The notes: generated from the sequence alone by a model not told the origin. DNA of 64,000 bases from Clostridia bacterium (GCA_045643205.1 JAZUKI010000003.1:32001-96000), one strand, 5' to 3'; counted from the first letter of the stretch, positions 10,322-20,889 are shown. Translations and numbers: made by a program.

Positions 10322-10903
10322 TTATTTTGAGCGATTAAGCAATAAATAATTTCTTGTTTGCGCACTTAATTCATGGAATGGTCTGTTATTTTTTATTGCA
10401 TCATCTATTATATAATCCATTATTTCAATTATTGATTCATCTAAATCTCTATAAGGCGTTTCTCTGTATCTTTCTACATTCTCGTATTTTCTAGTTCTTG
10501 CCTCTGTTTTGTCTGAGCAAAACAATATCTTATCAAATATTGTCATGTTCATTCTTCCCATTGTATGAAACTCTATTGCTGCACACATTTCATCATCAAA
10601 ATTGTATTTTTTTCTACATATATCTGCTGCAATTTTTCCATGCAACAATGATGGCATTTGATTTTCAATATAATCTACTGTTATGTTGTTTTCTTCACAA
10701 TATTTAATTGAATCTTCTGCTGTCATCTTTTTTGCCATGTCATGCATTAATCCAGCTTTCATTATTCTCTCTGTGTCTTCATCACTTAAATTATAATTCT
10801 TTGCTAGCTTTTCGCAAGATTCCATAACTCCTAAAGAATGTTCATAACGATGACCATCAAAAATCGTTTTAAGTTCTTCTTTTAGTTCTTCTAAACTTGT
10901 CAC
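10322..10903 (-). CDS. yqeK: YqeK HD-domain Ap4A hydrolase (start revised to GTG 10903)
   Basis: RYEHSLGV, GLMHDMAK, LLHG, HT, SDKTE motifs; AAAGGAG RBS 6 nt before GTG. Confidence 0.88.
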   Translation of the reverse strand: MTSLEELKEELKTIFDGHRYEHSLGVMESCEKLAKNYNLSDEDTERIMKAGLMHDMAKKMTAEDSIKYCEENNITVDYIENQMPSLLHGKIAADICRKKYNFDDEMCAAIEFHTMGRMNMTIFDKILFCSDKTEARTRKYENVERYRETPYRDLDESIIEIMDYIIDDAIKNNRPFHELSAQTRNYLLLNRSK

Positions 10904-10928
10904 GCTGTGCTCCTTTGTTTTAAAAATT

Positions 10929-12134
10929 CTATTTTTTTGAAACTTTAGAACCTTTTGTTCCACCTTTTGCTCCGCCTGATAAAGCGAAAATGTTTTGGTC
11001 ATATGAGAATGTTAATTTTTCTTTATCTCTATCTCTTCTTAATGCTATTTGAACTAATTCATCTATTTCTTTTTCAAAAGACTTTCCTGTTGCTTCCCAT
11101 AAATAATATGATAAAGCTCCTGGAATTGTATTAATTTCATTAACATATACTTTTCCTGTTTTGCTATCCATTAAAAAGTCAATTCTTCCAACACCACTAC
11201 ATCCTAATATTTTAAATGTTTCTTGTGCTAAACCTTGAATTTCATCTCTCTTTTCATCTGGGATATCTGCAGGTAATTTCTTATCAGAAACTTGCATTCC
11301 TTTTTCTTCAGAATCGCCAGTTTTTGATCCTCCCATATATTTATCTGTATAACTTAAAATTTCATCTGAAAAATATGGTTCTTCGCAAACTGAAGCTTCA
11401 GTTTCATTTAAATTTCCCATTACTGAGCAATTGATTTCCTTTAAGTTTTGAACACATTCTTCTACTAAAATTCTATCTGAGAATTGCATACTATATTCTA
11501 TTTTTTCTGCTAATTCTTCTGGTGTTGAAACTTTTTTAATACCAACACTTGATCCTGTATTTCCTGGTTTGCAAATTAAAGGATATTGTAATTTTTCGTT
11601 AATTTCATTTCTGATTTTTTCTTCATCTTTTACATACTCTTCACTATAAAAAGAATAATAGTTTACAACAGGAATTCCTGATTCCTTTAATACTTTTTTC
11701 ATAAAGATTTTATCCATTCCAAGTCCTGAAGAAACAACATCTGGTCCGATAAATGGTAATCCTAATAAATTTAAATATCCTGCAAGTGTACCATCTTCGC
11801 AGTTTGTTCCGTGTACGATTGGGAACGCAACATCGATTGTATTAACAACTTGTTTTCCAAAAGCAGGTGCTGGAACTTTAAGTACTTTTACACTCTCTCC
11901 ATCATTTACTACTGCAACTTTTGTGCATTTCTTTAGTAATGCATCCATATCTTTAAATTCTTGTAAGTCTAAAAGAGCATCACCTGTATAAAGTACACCC
12001 TTCTTTGAAATATAAATTGGAACAATTTCATATTTTTCCTTGTTAATTGATTCCAATGCTTGGCTTGCTGTGATAACAGCAATTTCATGTTCTACTGATT
12101 TTCCTCCGAAAAAAACTCCTACTTTAATTTTCAT
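10929..12134 (-). CDS. ddl: D-alanine--D-alanine ligase family protein
   Basis: FGGKSVEHEI, HGTNCEDG, GSSVGI, SYTDKY, NEINTIPG. Confidence 0.9.
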   Translation of the reverse strand: MKIKVGVFFGGKSVEHEIAVITASQALESINKEKYEIVPIYISKKGVLYTGDALLDLQEFKDMDALLKKCTKVAVVNDGESVKVLKVPAPAFGKQVVNTIDVAFPIVHGTNCEDGTLAGYLNLLGLPFIGPDVVSSGLGMDKIFMKKVLKESGIPVVNYYSFYSEEYVKDEEKIRNEINEKLQYPLICKPGNTGSSVGIKKVSTPEELAEKIEYSMQFSDRILVEECVQNLKEINCSVMGNLNETEASVCEEPYFSDEILSYTDKYMGGSKTGDSEEKGMQVSDKKLPADIPDEKRDEIQGLAQETFKILGCSGVGRIDFLMDSKTGKVYVNEINTIPGALSYYLWEATGKSFEKEIDELVQIALRRDRDKEKLTFSYDQNIFALSGGAKGGTKGSKVSKK

Positions 12135-12203
12135 TTTTTATCCTTTCACTGATTTCTTGATAACGTTGAGACGCAATAATTATTGTTTCTCTTATAATTC
12201 TTT

Positions 12204-13796
12204 TTATAGATAGTTATCAGGTAAATCGTTTTCTAGTAAAACTACTGTGTTGGCATCATTTTCTTGTGCCATCATTGTGATTGCTACGTTGATATTTTCT
12301 GCCACAAATATTTTATCTTCATCCAATCCTTCTTCCAATAAACCTTCTTTTATTGGCTTAGCTTGTTTTTCACCAACTAATATTGCAATGTCACATTTGT
12401 TTGCAGCATACTTACCTAAATTTTTATTAAACTCTTCTGACTTTTCCCCTAAATCAACAATTCCTGGGGTGATAAATATTTTCTTTCTTGTTTTAAAATT
12501 GCTTAAAACATCAAGTGCCATTCTTGAACCTTTAACATTTGAATTGTATGCATCATCAATTATTAATGATCCATTTAAATTTCTTCTAAGTTGTAATCTA
12601 TGTTCAACTGGTTTTAAATATTTAGCTCCAAGTTTAATTTCATTTTCTTTCATTCCTAATTGATCTGCAACAGCTATTGCACAAACAATATTAAGAATAT
12701 TCAAATCGCCTAATAATTTTGTTGAAATTCTGATTTTATTTTTATTTGGTAGAACAACATTAAACTCTGAACCATTTTCGTTCATTTCAATGTTTTCAGC
12801 ATAATAATCTGCTTCACTTGATAAACCATATTTAATAAATGGTCTATTAATTTTTGTATCTCTAATATTTTCATCTTCCCAGTTTACAATGGCAATACCA
12901 TCCTCAGGAAGACTATCTATTAATTCAAACTTTGTTTTTCTTACATTATCTATACTTTTAAATGTATCTAGGTGCATAGGGCCAACCGCTGTAACTATAC
13001 CAATTTTAGGTTTTGCTATATCGCAAATTTCTTTAATATCTCCTACATATTTTGCACCCATCTCGCAAACAAAGATATCATTTGTTGCTTTAAGCATTTC
13101 ATTAACTGTTCTTGTAACACCCATTGGAGTATTGTAACTTCCAGGTGTCATAATTGGATTAAATTTTTGTGAAAGAATTGTTGTAACTGCATTCTTTGTA
13201 CTTGTTTTTCCAAAACTTCCTGTTATTCCAATTACAGTTAAATCTTTCATATCTGTTAATTTATTTTTAGCATTATTAATAAATTTATTACTAATGTGTT
13301 TTTGAATTGGCGAGTCAATTATATCTATAAAATGCACGTATCTATATGTGAACCATTGCATTAATGTTGCAATTAAAATTCCTATAAACATAACTACATT
13401 ATATTGACTTGCAAAAGTGTATGTTAAAATAATTGCTACTGAAATTATTAACCATACTGAACTTGCTATTACATATTCTCTAATTATTCTCTTTGTAAAA
13501 ACAAATTCTTTCTTTTCTTTTTTCTTTTTTGCCCCAATAATATTTAAGCCTAAACATACTATAACAGAAATAATTAAAGCTAACTCATTCCATATAAAGC
13601 ATATTGGAATTAATGTTCTTACTATTCTAAAAAATGGATATGATTTTGCTTTGTTTTCTCTAATCCATCTTGCATATCTATCTCTATGATAATTTTCAAG
13701 TTGTAAAATATGAAATCCGTTTCTCATTGCTCTTATTAAATATAATTCAACAAAAACACAAAGTAATGATAATAAACTAATTATTGCTATCTTCAT
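12204..13796 (-). CDS. murF: MurF-type Mur ligase with N-terminal membrane domain
   Basis: GITGSFGKTSTK, SYNTPMG, EMGA, IIDDAYNSN; about 4 N-terminal TM helices. Confidence 0.85.
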   Translation of the reverse strand: MKIAIISLLSLLCVFVELYLIRAMRNGFHILQLENYHRDRYARWIRENKAKSYPFFRIVRTLIPICFIWNELALIISVIVCLGLNIIGAKKKKEKKEFVFTKRIIREYVIASSVWLIISVAIILTYTFASQYNVVMFIGILIATLMQWFTYRYVHFIDIIDSPIQKHISNKFINNAKNKLTDMKDLTVIGITGSFGKTSTKNAVTTILSQKFNPIMTPGSYNTPMGVTRTVNEMLKATNDIFVCEMGAKYVGDIKEICDIAKPKIGIVTAVGPMHLDTFKSIDNVRKTKFELIDSLPEDGIAIVNWEDENIRDTKINRPFIKYGLSSEADYYAENIEMNENGSEFNVVLPNKNKIRISTKLLGDLNILNIVCAIAVADQLGMKENEIKLGAKYLKPVEHRLQLRRNLNGSLIIDDAYNSNVKGSRMALDVLSNFKTRKKIFITPGIVDLGEKSEEFNKNLGKYAANKCDIAILVGEKQAKPIKEGLLEEGLDEDKIFVAENINVAITMMAQENDANTVVLLENDLPDNYL

Positions 13797-13797
13797 A

Positions 13798-14592
13798 TTA
13801 TTTATCCTCCTTTATACTATCGTTTCTTAAGAAGGAATTTAACACTAATGAAACTTCATTTAAATGATTTAAATAAGAGAAATGATCTGCATCTTTGTAA
13901 ACAACTAATGCTGAGTCTGGAATTAGTTGTTCCATTTTCTTTCCTTGATAAAGTGGAGTTGATGAGTCTTTTCCGCCCCAAATTAGTAATGTTGGGCATT
14001 TTATTTTCTTACAGTTTTCAACTTGGCTTTCATTTAAAATGTTATTCATTGTTTGTTTTAAAGCAGATGATGATGCTTTATAATCTGCACTTCCTGCATT
14101 CTTTAGATACTCTTCTTTAGTCTCTTTAATATATTTTGTTTGAGGTATAATATTTAATATTAGTTTTCCTAGTTTATAAGTATAAACTTTTAAATACCAC
14201 ATCAAGCTATGTTTCTTTTTTAAACCAGCACTATCTATTAATACTATTTTTTCACAATTAACAATTCCTCTACCTACTGCATCAATGATGGCTCTACCAC
14301 CATTAGAATGACCTATAAGTATTGGATTTTCAATATTTAAAGCTTGCATAAAGTCTTTAATAAAATTGCCATAATCATCTGAATTCATAGGCTTTTCAAT
14401 TTTATCACTCTTTCCAAAGCCAACAATATCAACTAGATAGCACTTGAAATTATTTTTTAACATATTTGCAATTGGGCGCATTGTTTCTAAATTAGCTAAC
14501 CATCCATGTAGTAAAATTACTTCTTTGCCTTCACCAATTACATCATAATTAATATTTTTATTATTAATTTCGATTTTCAATATTTTCTCCAT
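13798..14592 (-). CDS. Alpha/beta hydrolase
   Basis: LLHGW, GHSNGG nucleophile elbow, IWGGKD, DADH. Confidence 0.9.
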   Translation of the reverse strand: MEKILKIEINNKNINYDVIGEGKEVILLHGWLANLETMRPIANMLKNNFKCYLVDIVGFGKSDKIEKPMNSDDYGNFIKDFMQALNIENPILIGHSNGGRAIIDAVGRGIVNCEKIVLIDSAGLKKKHSLMWYLKVYTYKLGKLILNIIPQTKYIKETKEEYLKNAGSADYKASSSALKQTMNNILNESQVENCKKIKCPTLLIWGGKDSSTPLYQGKKMEQLIPDSALVVYKDADHFSYLNHLNEVSLVLNSFLRNDSIKEDK

Positions 14593-14774
14593 TATGATTT
14601 CCAGTATTTTAAACCCTTGATTAGTTAATCAAAACGTCTCTTCTATTTTACACCTTTTTACCAATTTTTTCAATATTTTTAAGGTTTTCACCGCCTTGTT
14701 ATTGGTCTATTATTTGTATTTAAATAATTATTATGATATAACAAAATAGGTTAATAAAAAACTAAGGAGTAAAA

Positions 14775-15953
14775 ATGAAAATATTAATATTTTATGCTTG
14801 CTATGGTGGCGGTCACTTATCAGCTGCCAACTCAATTAAGCAATATATTGATGATAATTATAAAGATGCAGAAACAGATATCTGTGATTGTATGAAATAT
14901 GTTAATGCAAGAATCGAAAAAATTACTGTTGGTGCATACAATGGAATGGCACGTAAAATGCCTTGGGCATGGGGTAAATTCTATTTCAAATCAGAAAAAG
15001 GTTTTATCTCAGCTGTTAGTAACTTCAGTAACAAAATGATGTCTAAAAAATTATGTAAAAAGATTAATGAAGTTAACCCTGATATTATAATTTCTACACA
15101 CCCTTTCAGTTCACAAATGTGCGCTCACTTAAAGAAAAAGGGCAAGATTAATTGTATGATCGCTAGTGTTATGACTGACTTTGCCTCACATAATCAATGG
15201 CTTGTAAATCATGAATTTCTTGATCAAATCTTTGTTTCTAATGAAAATATGAGACAAAGTATTATTAAAAAAGGAATCAATGAAAACAAAATTTTTACTA
15301 CAGGTATTCCTTTGTCAAATCGTTTTCTTGCTAACTTCAATAAAACTGAAATTAAGAATTCATTAAATCTTTCAAATGATAAAAGAACAATCTTATTTTT
15401 TGGTGGCGGTGAATTTGGTTTAGGTGGTGATAGAACTTTAAAGATTCTAGAAGCTTTTATTGATAACATTAAAGACACCTATCAAATGGTTGTTATTGCT
15501 GGAAAAAATGAAGAAATGAAAAAGAATTTTGAAAAGCTTGTTGCTGAAAAACATGCTGAAGAAAATGTTTTTGTTCAAGGTTTTTCAACACAAGTACCAG
15601 AATTAATGAGCGTTTCTGATTTAGTTGTTACAAAACCTGGTGGATTAACTTCTTCTGAAAGTTTAGTTTCTGGACTTCCAATGGTTATTATTAATCCAAT
15701 ACCTGGTCAAGAAGAACAAAATGCTGACTTTTTAGTAGATAGTGGTATTGCCATTTGGTTAAAGAAAAAGGATGACTTTAATCAAAAAATTTCAGAACTA
15801 TTAGCTGATAAAGATAAATTAAAACAAATGAAAATTAAATCAAAACTTCTAGCAAAAGCAAATTCAACTAAAGATATTTGTTCAACAATTATAGAAAATT
15901 TTAATAACGGTAACTTTTTAAAATCTTCTGAAGGAGAAAATCTAAATGAATAG
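14775..15953 (+). CDS. UgtP/MGDG-synthase-like diacylglycerol glycosyltransferase (GT28)
   Basis: YGGGHLSAA, ISTHPF, VMTDF, TKPGGLT, PIPGQEEQNA. Confidence 0.9.
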   Translation: MKILIFYACYGGGHLSAANSIKQYIDDNYKDAETDICDCMKYVNARIEKITVGAYNGMARKMPWAWGKFYFKSEKGFISAVSNFSNKMMSKKLCKKINEVNPDIIISTHPFSSQMCAHLKKKGKINCMIASVMTDFASHNQWLVNHEFLDQIFVSNENMRQSIIKKGINENKIFTTGIPLSNRFLANFNKTEIKNSLNLSNDKRTILFFGGGEFGLGGDRTLKILEAFIDNIKDTYQMVVIAGKNEEMKKNFEKLVAEKHAEENVFVQGFSTQVPELMSVSDLVVTKPGGLTSSESLVSGLPMVIINPIPGQEEQNADFLVDSGIAIWLKKKDDFNQKISELLADKDKLKQMKIKSKLLAKANSTKDICSTIIENFNNGNFLKSSEGENLNE

Positions 15954-16521
15954 TATATTTTTAAAAATACTTGTTAGTGTTCCTGCTATTGTTCTTGGGA
16001 CTTTGTTGTTTCCTGCACTTGGAGTTTTGTTGATTTTTTTAAGATATGCAATTTCTGATACTAGAAAAGATAGACGTGGATCAATTTCACTAATTGCAAT
16101 AGGGATTATTTTATTTATTCCCAAAATAATACTTTTATTATCTGAGGCTTTTCATTTTGATCCAAACGTTATACCATTTTTTAAAAACATAATAACTAAT
16201 GACTTCTATAGGATTAACATTTCAAATTGTGCTTTTGCTTTAATCATAATTGGAATTTTTTCATTGGCTCTTTCAATTATATTTAAAAATTTAGTTAATA
16301 AATTTAAAAATCTTTTAGTAGGTTTTGTTCAAAATTCTATTGAAAAGAATGAAGAAACTCATGCTAAAATTAAAAAAGAAAATGATTTAAAAATTAAACA
16401 AATGGAATATCAATCTCAAAATTCACATGTTGTTTCTTGTGATAATTGTGGAGCCACAAATACTATTGTTGGAAACACTGGTGTTTGTGCATATTGTAGA
16501 CAACCTATTAGTAACAAATAA
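15946..16521 (+). CDS. Membrane protein with C-terminal zinc ribbon
   Basis: About 3 TM helices, CDNCGA...CAYC, GAAGGAG RBS; overlaps the upstream stop. Confidence 0.75.
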   Translation: MNSIFLKILVSVPAIVLGTLLFPALGVLLIFLRYAISDTRKDRRGSISLIAIGIILFIPKIILLLSEAFHFDPNVIPFFKNIITNDFYRINISNCAFALIIIGIFSLALSIIFKNLVNKFKNLLVGFVQNSIEKNEETHAKIKKENDLKIKQMEYQSQNSHVVSCDNCGATNTIVGNTGVCAYCRQPISNK

Positions 16522-16580
16522 TTAAATAATTAAATAATTAAACATTTAATTATTTAAACAATAAAATTTAATTGCAAAAT

Positions 16581-16627
16581 AAAAGAAGAAAATTTGAAAC
16601 AAAAATTTCATAAATTTTCTTCTTTTT
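16581..16627. terminator. Bidirectional terminator between convergent genes
   Basis: aaaagaagaaaattt...aaattttcttctttt. Confidence 0.7.
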
Positions 16628-16653
16628 AATTTTTCTTTTTTATTTTTATATCT

Positions 16654-17253
16654 TTATAATTCTGTTCTGCCTTCTAAAGCTTTTCCTAAAGTAAATTCAT
16701 CAGTGTACTCAAGGTCTCCACCTACAGGAATTCCATGAGCTAATCTAGTTACTTTAATACCCATTGGTTTAATTAGTTTTGAAATATACATAGCTGTTGC
16801 TTCACCTTCAACTTTTGGATTTGTAGCTAAAATAACTTCTTTAACTGTACCATCCATAAGCCTTGCTAAAAGTTCTTTTATTTTAATGTCATCTGGTCCA
16901 ATTCCATCCATTGGAGAAATTGTTCCATGAAGAACGTGATATAAGCCTTTGAATTCATGAATTTTTTCAATTGCTATAACATCCTTAACATCTTCTACCA
17001 CGCAAATTTGTGATTGATCTCTCTTTGGATTTGAACAAATTTCACAAGGATCTGTGTCAGATATATTGTAGCATTTTGAACAAAACTTTAAGTTCTTTCT
17101 AGCATCTTGAATACTCTTTACAAACTCATTTGCTTGTTCTTCAGTAGTATTTAACATATAGAACGCAAGTCTTATCGCTGTCTTGTTTCCTATGCTTGGA
17201 AGCTTTTCAAAACTTTCTATTAACTTTTCAATTGATGGTGAAAATTCTGACAT
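16654..17253 (-). CDS. recR: Recombination mediator RecR
   Basis: C4 zinc finger, [23 protein letters not shown] Toprim motifs. Confidence 0.97.
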   Translation of the reverse strand: MSEFSPSIEKLIESFEKLPSIGNKTAIRLAFYMLNTTEEQANEFVKSIQDARKNLKFCSKCYNISDTDPCEICSNPKRDQSQICVVEDVKDVIAIEKIHEFKGLYHVLHGTISPMDGIGPDDIKIKELLARLMDGTVKEVILATNPKVEGEATAMYISKLIKPMGIKVTRLAHGIPVGGDLEYTDEFTLGKALEGRTEL

Positions 17254-17265
17254 CTTTTCTCCTTA

Positions 17266-17604
17266 TTAGAATCCCATTCCTGGAATGTTATATTTGCCCA
17301 TCTCTGAATTTGTAGCATCATCTACTTTTTTCATTGCTTCATTAATTGCTGTCATTATTAAATCTTGTAGCATTTCTACATCATCTGGATCAACAACATC
17401 TTTATCAATTTTAATTTCAACGATTTGTTTTGAACCATTTACTTTTACATAAACTGCTCCGCCACCTGTTGATGCATCAAACTCTTTTGCTTGTATTTCT
17501 CTTTGTGATTCTTCCATATCAGCTTGCATTTTCTTTGCTTGTTTCATTAATTGGTTCATGTTTATTCCACCAAAGTTTCCTCCTGGAAATCCACCTCTAC
17601 CCAT
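17266..17604 (-). CDS. YbaB/EbfC nucleoid-associated protein
   Basis: [12 protein letters not shown]...GGGAV...[12 protein letters not shown]; dnaX-ybaB-recR synteny. Confidence 0.95.
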   Translation of the reverse strand: MGRGGFPGGNFGGINMNQLMKQAKKMQADMEESQREIQAKEFDASTGGGAVYVKVNGSKQIVEIKIDKDVVDPDDVEMLQDLIMTAINEAMKKVDDATNSEMGKYNIPGMGF

Positions 17605-17693
17605 TTTAAATTCCTCCTTTAATAATTAATTCTATCGTATTTTTTATTTTTAATTTTATTGTTTGTCCTTGTTGTTTATTTTGATTTTATATT

Positions 17694-19280
17694 TTATTCT
17701 ATAACATTTATATCTATTCCTAAATCTATTGTGCTTCCGCTATCTTTCTTGGCATCTTCTGATTTAGGCTTTTCTATAAACTTAATTTTCATATCTTGTT
17801 TGCATTCAATTGATACTAATCTTCTTATTGCGCTCATGTTTTCAGGTTTCTCTATTATCATTTTTTTGAATGCATCTACTCCTGAAATACCAAATGTTAA
17901 GTCATCTAAAACAAATCCATGTGTATCTGTTAACGCTGATGCAACTGCAGGCATTTGTTCTTCTCTTAATTGTTGTATAACTTTACCCCAAAAAGGTGCT
18001 TCGCCTTTTACTGGTACTTGAGTTGTAGTTTCTGTTTTCACACTCTTTTCAACTTTAGGTGCTACATTAATTGCACTTTTATTTTCTTGGTTGCTTTTTA
18101 TAGCTACATTGTTTGAAACGTTTCTTACATTTGCTGTGTTTTCTGATTTTGTCTCTAACTTAGTTTCTACTTTAGCAGTTTTTTTCACAGTAATTGTTTC
18201 TTCATCTGAACATAACTTTAATATTCCAACTTGAAAAACAATATTCTTTTGTGATGAATATCTTAAATCATTTTCTAATTTTGATAATTCAAAAACAATA
18301 TTTAATAATCTTTCTTTATCAACTTTTTCTGCTAATTCAGTAATCTTTTTCACTTCATTTTCATTATATACATTAGATGCTTTTTTGGTTGCTTTAAACA
18401 ACATCAAATCTCTAACATATTTAATCATTTCCCAAAGTATATTGATTGTATTTTTACCTTCATCAATTATACTCTGAGTAATATCTAAAGCTTTAGCTGA
18501 ATCCTTATTAATAATTACTTCTACTAAACCAGAAGTAATTTCCATTTCAGGTATTCCAACTAATTGTTTTATCTTATCTTCACTAATTTCATTTTCGCCA
18601 TCTTGTATGCATCTTTCAAGAATTGAAAGTGAATCTCTCATCGCACCTTCGCTTAATTCTGCAATAAGTTCTAGTGATTTTCCAGTATAATTAATTCCAC
18701 ATTCTTTGCAAATATTGTTTAAATTCTCTACTATTTTTACACTTGAAATTTTCTTAAAATCAAATCTTTGGCATCTTGAAAGTATTGTAGCAGGTAGCTT
18801 TTGAGGTTCTGTTGTACATAAAATAAATTTTACATGTGCTGGTGGTTCTTCTAATGTTTTTAATAAAGCATTAAATGCACCAGTTGATAACATGTGTACC
18901 TCATCAATAATATATACTCTGTATTTTGCAACTGTTGGTAAGAAGTTAACCTCATCTCTAATTGCTCTAATATCATCTACACCATTGTTTGATGCAGCAT
19001 CCATTTCAACAACATCAGTTAGGCTTCCATCCATTTGTGCTTTACAAATATCGCACTCATTACATGGTTCACCATCTTTTGAGTTTAAACAATTTATTGC
19101 TCTAGCTAATACCTTTGCAGATGTTGTTTTGCCACAACCTCTAACTCCAGTAAATAAATATGCATGTCCTACTCTTCCTGCAACTACTTGATTACGTAGA
19201 GTTGTAGTAATGTGATCTTGTCCTAATATTTCGCCAAATGTCACTGGTCTAAATCTTCTATACAATGCTTTGTATTCCAT
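17694..19280 (-). CDS. dnaX: DNA polymerase III gamma/tau (start revised to ATG 19280)
   Basis: MEYKALYRRFRP, GVRGCGKTT, DAASNNGVD, IIDEVHML, SRC; GAGGAGG RBS. Confidence 0.96.
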   Translation of the reverse strand: MEYKALYRRFRPVTFGEILGQDHITTTLRNQVVAGRVGHAYLFTGVRGCGKTTSAKVLARAINCLNSKDGEPCNECDICKAQMDGSLTDVVEMDAASNNGVDDIRAIRDEVNFLPTVAKYRVYIIDEVHMLSTGAFNALLKTLEEPPAHVKFILCTTEPQKLPATILSRCQRFDFKKISSVKIVENLNNICKECGINYTGKSLELIAELSEGAMRDSLSILERCIQDGENEISEDKIKQLVGIPEMEITSGLVEVIINKDSAKALDITQSIIDEGKNTINILWEMIKYVRDLMLFKATKKASNVYNENEVKKITELAEKVDKERLLNIVFELSKLENDLRYSSQKNIVFQVGILKLCSDEETITVKKTAKVETKLETKSENTANVRNVSNNVAIKSNQENKSAINVAPKVEKSVKTETTTQVPVKGEAPFWGKVIQQLREEQMPAVASALTDTHGFVLDDLTFGISGVDAFKKMIIEKPENMSAIRRLVSIECKQDMKIKFIEKPKSEDAKKDSGSTIDLGIDINVIE

Positions 19281-19302
19281 TACTACCTCCTCAATATTAA
19301 AT

Positions 19303-19441
19303 AAGGGTACAACTACATTTCCCTCTTTTAGGATATTCTCACACGTAAGTGACCGTTTATTGCTGCTTCCTTCCGGATCTGACAAGTTTCACAGGCTTAC
19401 ATTGAAAATATCCTAAAACAAGAAAACATAATTATACCCTT
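19303..19441 (-). ncRNA. ffs: Signal recognition particle RNA (short form, no Alu domain)
   Basis: Domain IV motif GTCAGATCCGGAAGGAAGCAGC in a long hairpin closed by AAGGGTA/TACCCTT; TTGTAA-17-TATAAT promoter upstream; usual position before dnaX. Confidence 0.9.
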
Positions 19442-19477
19442 GCAGATTATACATTATTTTATATGCTTTTACAAGTC

Positions 19478-20218
19478 TTATTCTCGTTTAAAAACAATGT
19501 TTTTTACATCTATATTCTTTTGAGAAACACCGTTCTCTATAATATTTCCCACTGGAATCTCTGTTTCTATTGTTGCTCTATAAGTTAATTTGTCTGTACT
19601 TAGTACAACATCAAACTTTACTAATGCTTTTATATCTTCTAAAGTACTATCTGTTTTTGCTAATAATGTTCCATCATAATTTATTTCTTCTGCCTCGTTA
19701 GAAACAAATTCCCCAATTTTAGTATTTGCAATTCTTACTTTTATTGTTCCGCCATCTCTACTTATTTTTAAGTTGCTATTGTTTGTTTCATCATCACCTT
19801 GAAAAACAATTTTACTATCTACTGCAGACTTTTCATTATAATCAAACATAACATTTTCATTTTCGCTAGGCTTATACATTTTTATCTCACCCTTTTTAGG
19901 TGTATTTTTTATTGTTAAATTTTCTACACGAACTTCAGAAATTCTTTCGCCTTTATTATATTCATCATTTTTCTTAAAAAGAATATAAATATCATTAAAT
20001 TGATTTATATCTATATTCCATTTCATATTTTCTTCATTACTTTCTTTTTCTGAAGCATCTGCACTACTAACAACTAATATTTTCTCAACTTCAAAAGGCA
20101 TATTCTTTTCGCCTTCAATATCATATTGAATCATAAAAGCAACTGTAAATATTAAAGCAACTAATATTACTCCTAGAGCTATTATTGCACTTAATCTTGC
20201 TTTAAAAAAATCTCTCAT
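19478..20218 (-). CDS. Membrane-anchored hypothetical protein (start revised to ATG 20218)
   Basis: GGAGG RBS, single N-terminal TM helix; the longer track start overlaps a tRNA. Confidence 0.8.
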   Translation of the reverse strand: MRDFFKARLSAIIALGVILVALIFTVAFMIQYDIEGEKNMPFEVEKILVVSSADASEKESNEENMKWNIDINQFNDIYILFKKNDEYNKGERISEVRVENLTIKNTPKKGEIKMYKPSENENVMFDYNEKSAVDSKIVFQGDDETNNSNLKISRDGGTIKVRIANTKIGEFVSNEAEEINYDGTLLAKTDSTLEDIKALVKFDVVLSTDKLTYRATIETEIPVGNIIENGVSQKNIDVKNIVFKRE

Positions 20219-20229
20219 TTTTCCTCCAC

Positions 20230-20323
20230 TGGCGGAGAAGGTGGGATTCGAACCCACGGGCCAAGTTTCCTCAGCAGTACTGATTTCGAGTCAGTCCCGT
20301 TATGACCGCTTCGGCACTTCTCC
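20230..20323 (-). tRNA. tRNA-Ser(CGA)
   Basis: GGAGAAG/CTTCTCC acceptor, CTGA-CT-CGA-AA-TCAG anticodon arm, long variable arm, GTTCGAATC, CCA. Confidence 0.95.
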
Positions 20324-20415
20324 AATTTAGAATACTTTTTCTTTTGTATATATTTTAAATTTTATATTTCTGTTTTTATAGCTTATTTTTTATCTTATAT
20401 GTTTTTCATTTTATA

Positions 20416-20889
20416 TTATTTGTTTTTACTTTTTATTTTACGTATTTCAATAAAAAAATCTTTCAATATTTTTTCACATTTTTCTTCTAAAACACCATTT
20501 TCAATTTCAACTGGTATTCCTAAATTATAATCTTTAGGTAGATTTAAAACAGATCCACAATATCCGTATTTTTCATCCATTGCGCCAATATATATTTTTC
20601 TAATGCGTGACTGCAAAATAGCACCTGTACACATATTACAAGGCTCAAGTGTCACATATAAATCACAATCAGATAATCTCCAATTATTAATTTTTTTACT
20701 AGCTTTTTCTATAGCAATTATTTCAGCATGTTTTAAACTAGAATTTTTTTCTTCTTTCATATTATGTGCTCTTGCAATAATTTTTCCATCTTTAACAATT
20801 ACTGCTCCAACAGGAACTTCTAATTTTTCATATGCCTTTTTTGCTTCTTTATAAGCTTCATTCATAAATTTTTCTTGCTCTGTTTTCAT
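20416..20889 (-). CDS. tadA: tRNA adenosine(34) deaminase
   Basis: EVPVGAV, HAE, TLEPCNMC. Confidence 0.94.
   Translation of the reverse strand: MKTEQEKFMNEAYKEAKKAYEKLEVPVGAVIVKDGKIIARAHNMKEEKNSSLKHAEIIAIEKASKKINNWRLSDCDLYVTLEPCNMCTGAILQSRIRKIYIGAMDEKYGYCGSVLNLPKDYNLGIPVEIENGVLEEKCEKILKDFFIEIRKIKSKNK

Noticed and set aside
10904-11002. Long yqeK N-terminus overlapping ddl
   Set aside because: The RBS supports GTG 10903, which removes the overlap.
10929-12134. Van-type D-Ala-D-Lac ligase
   Set aside because: The omega loop has Tyr (SYTDKY) and there are no vanH/X/R/S neighbours.
16518-16560. (aataatta)n micro-repeat as CRISPR or iteron
   Set aside because: It is an 8-bp AT-only slippage repeat with no spacers; no CRISPR array or cas gene is seen in the window.
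19281-19385. Extended dnaX N-terminus in the ORF track
   Set aside because: It overlaps the SRP RNA, and the conserved start with RBS is at 19280.
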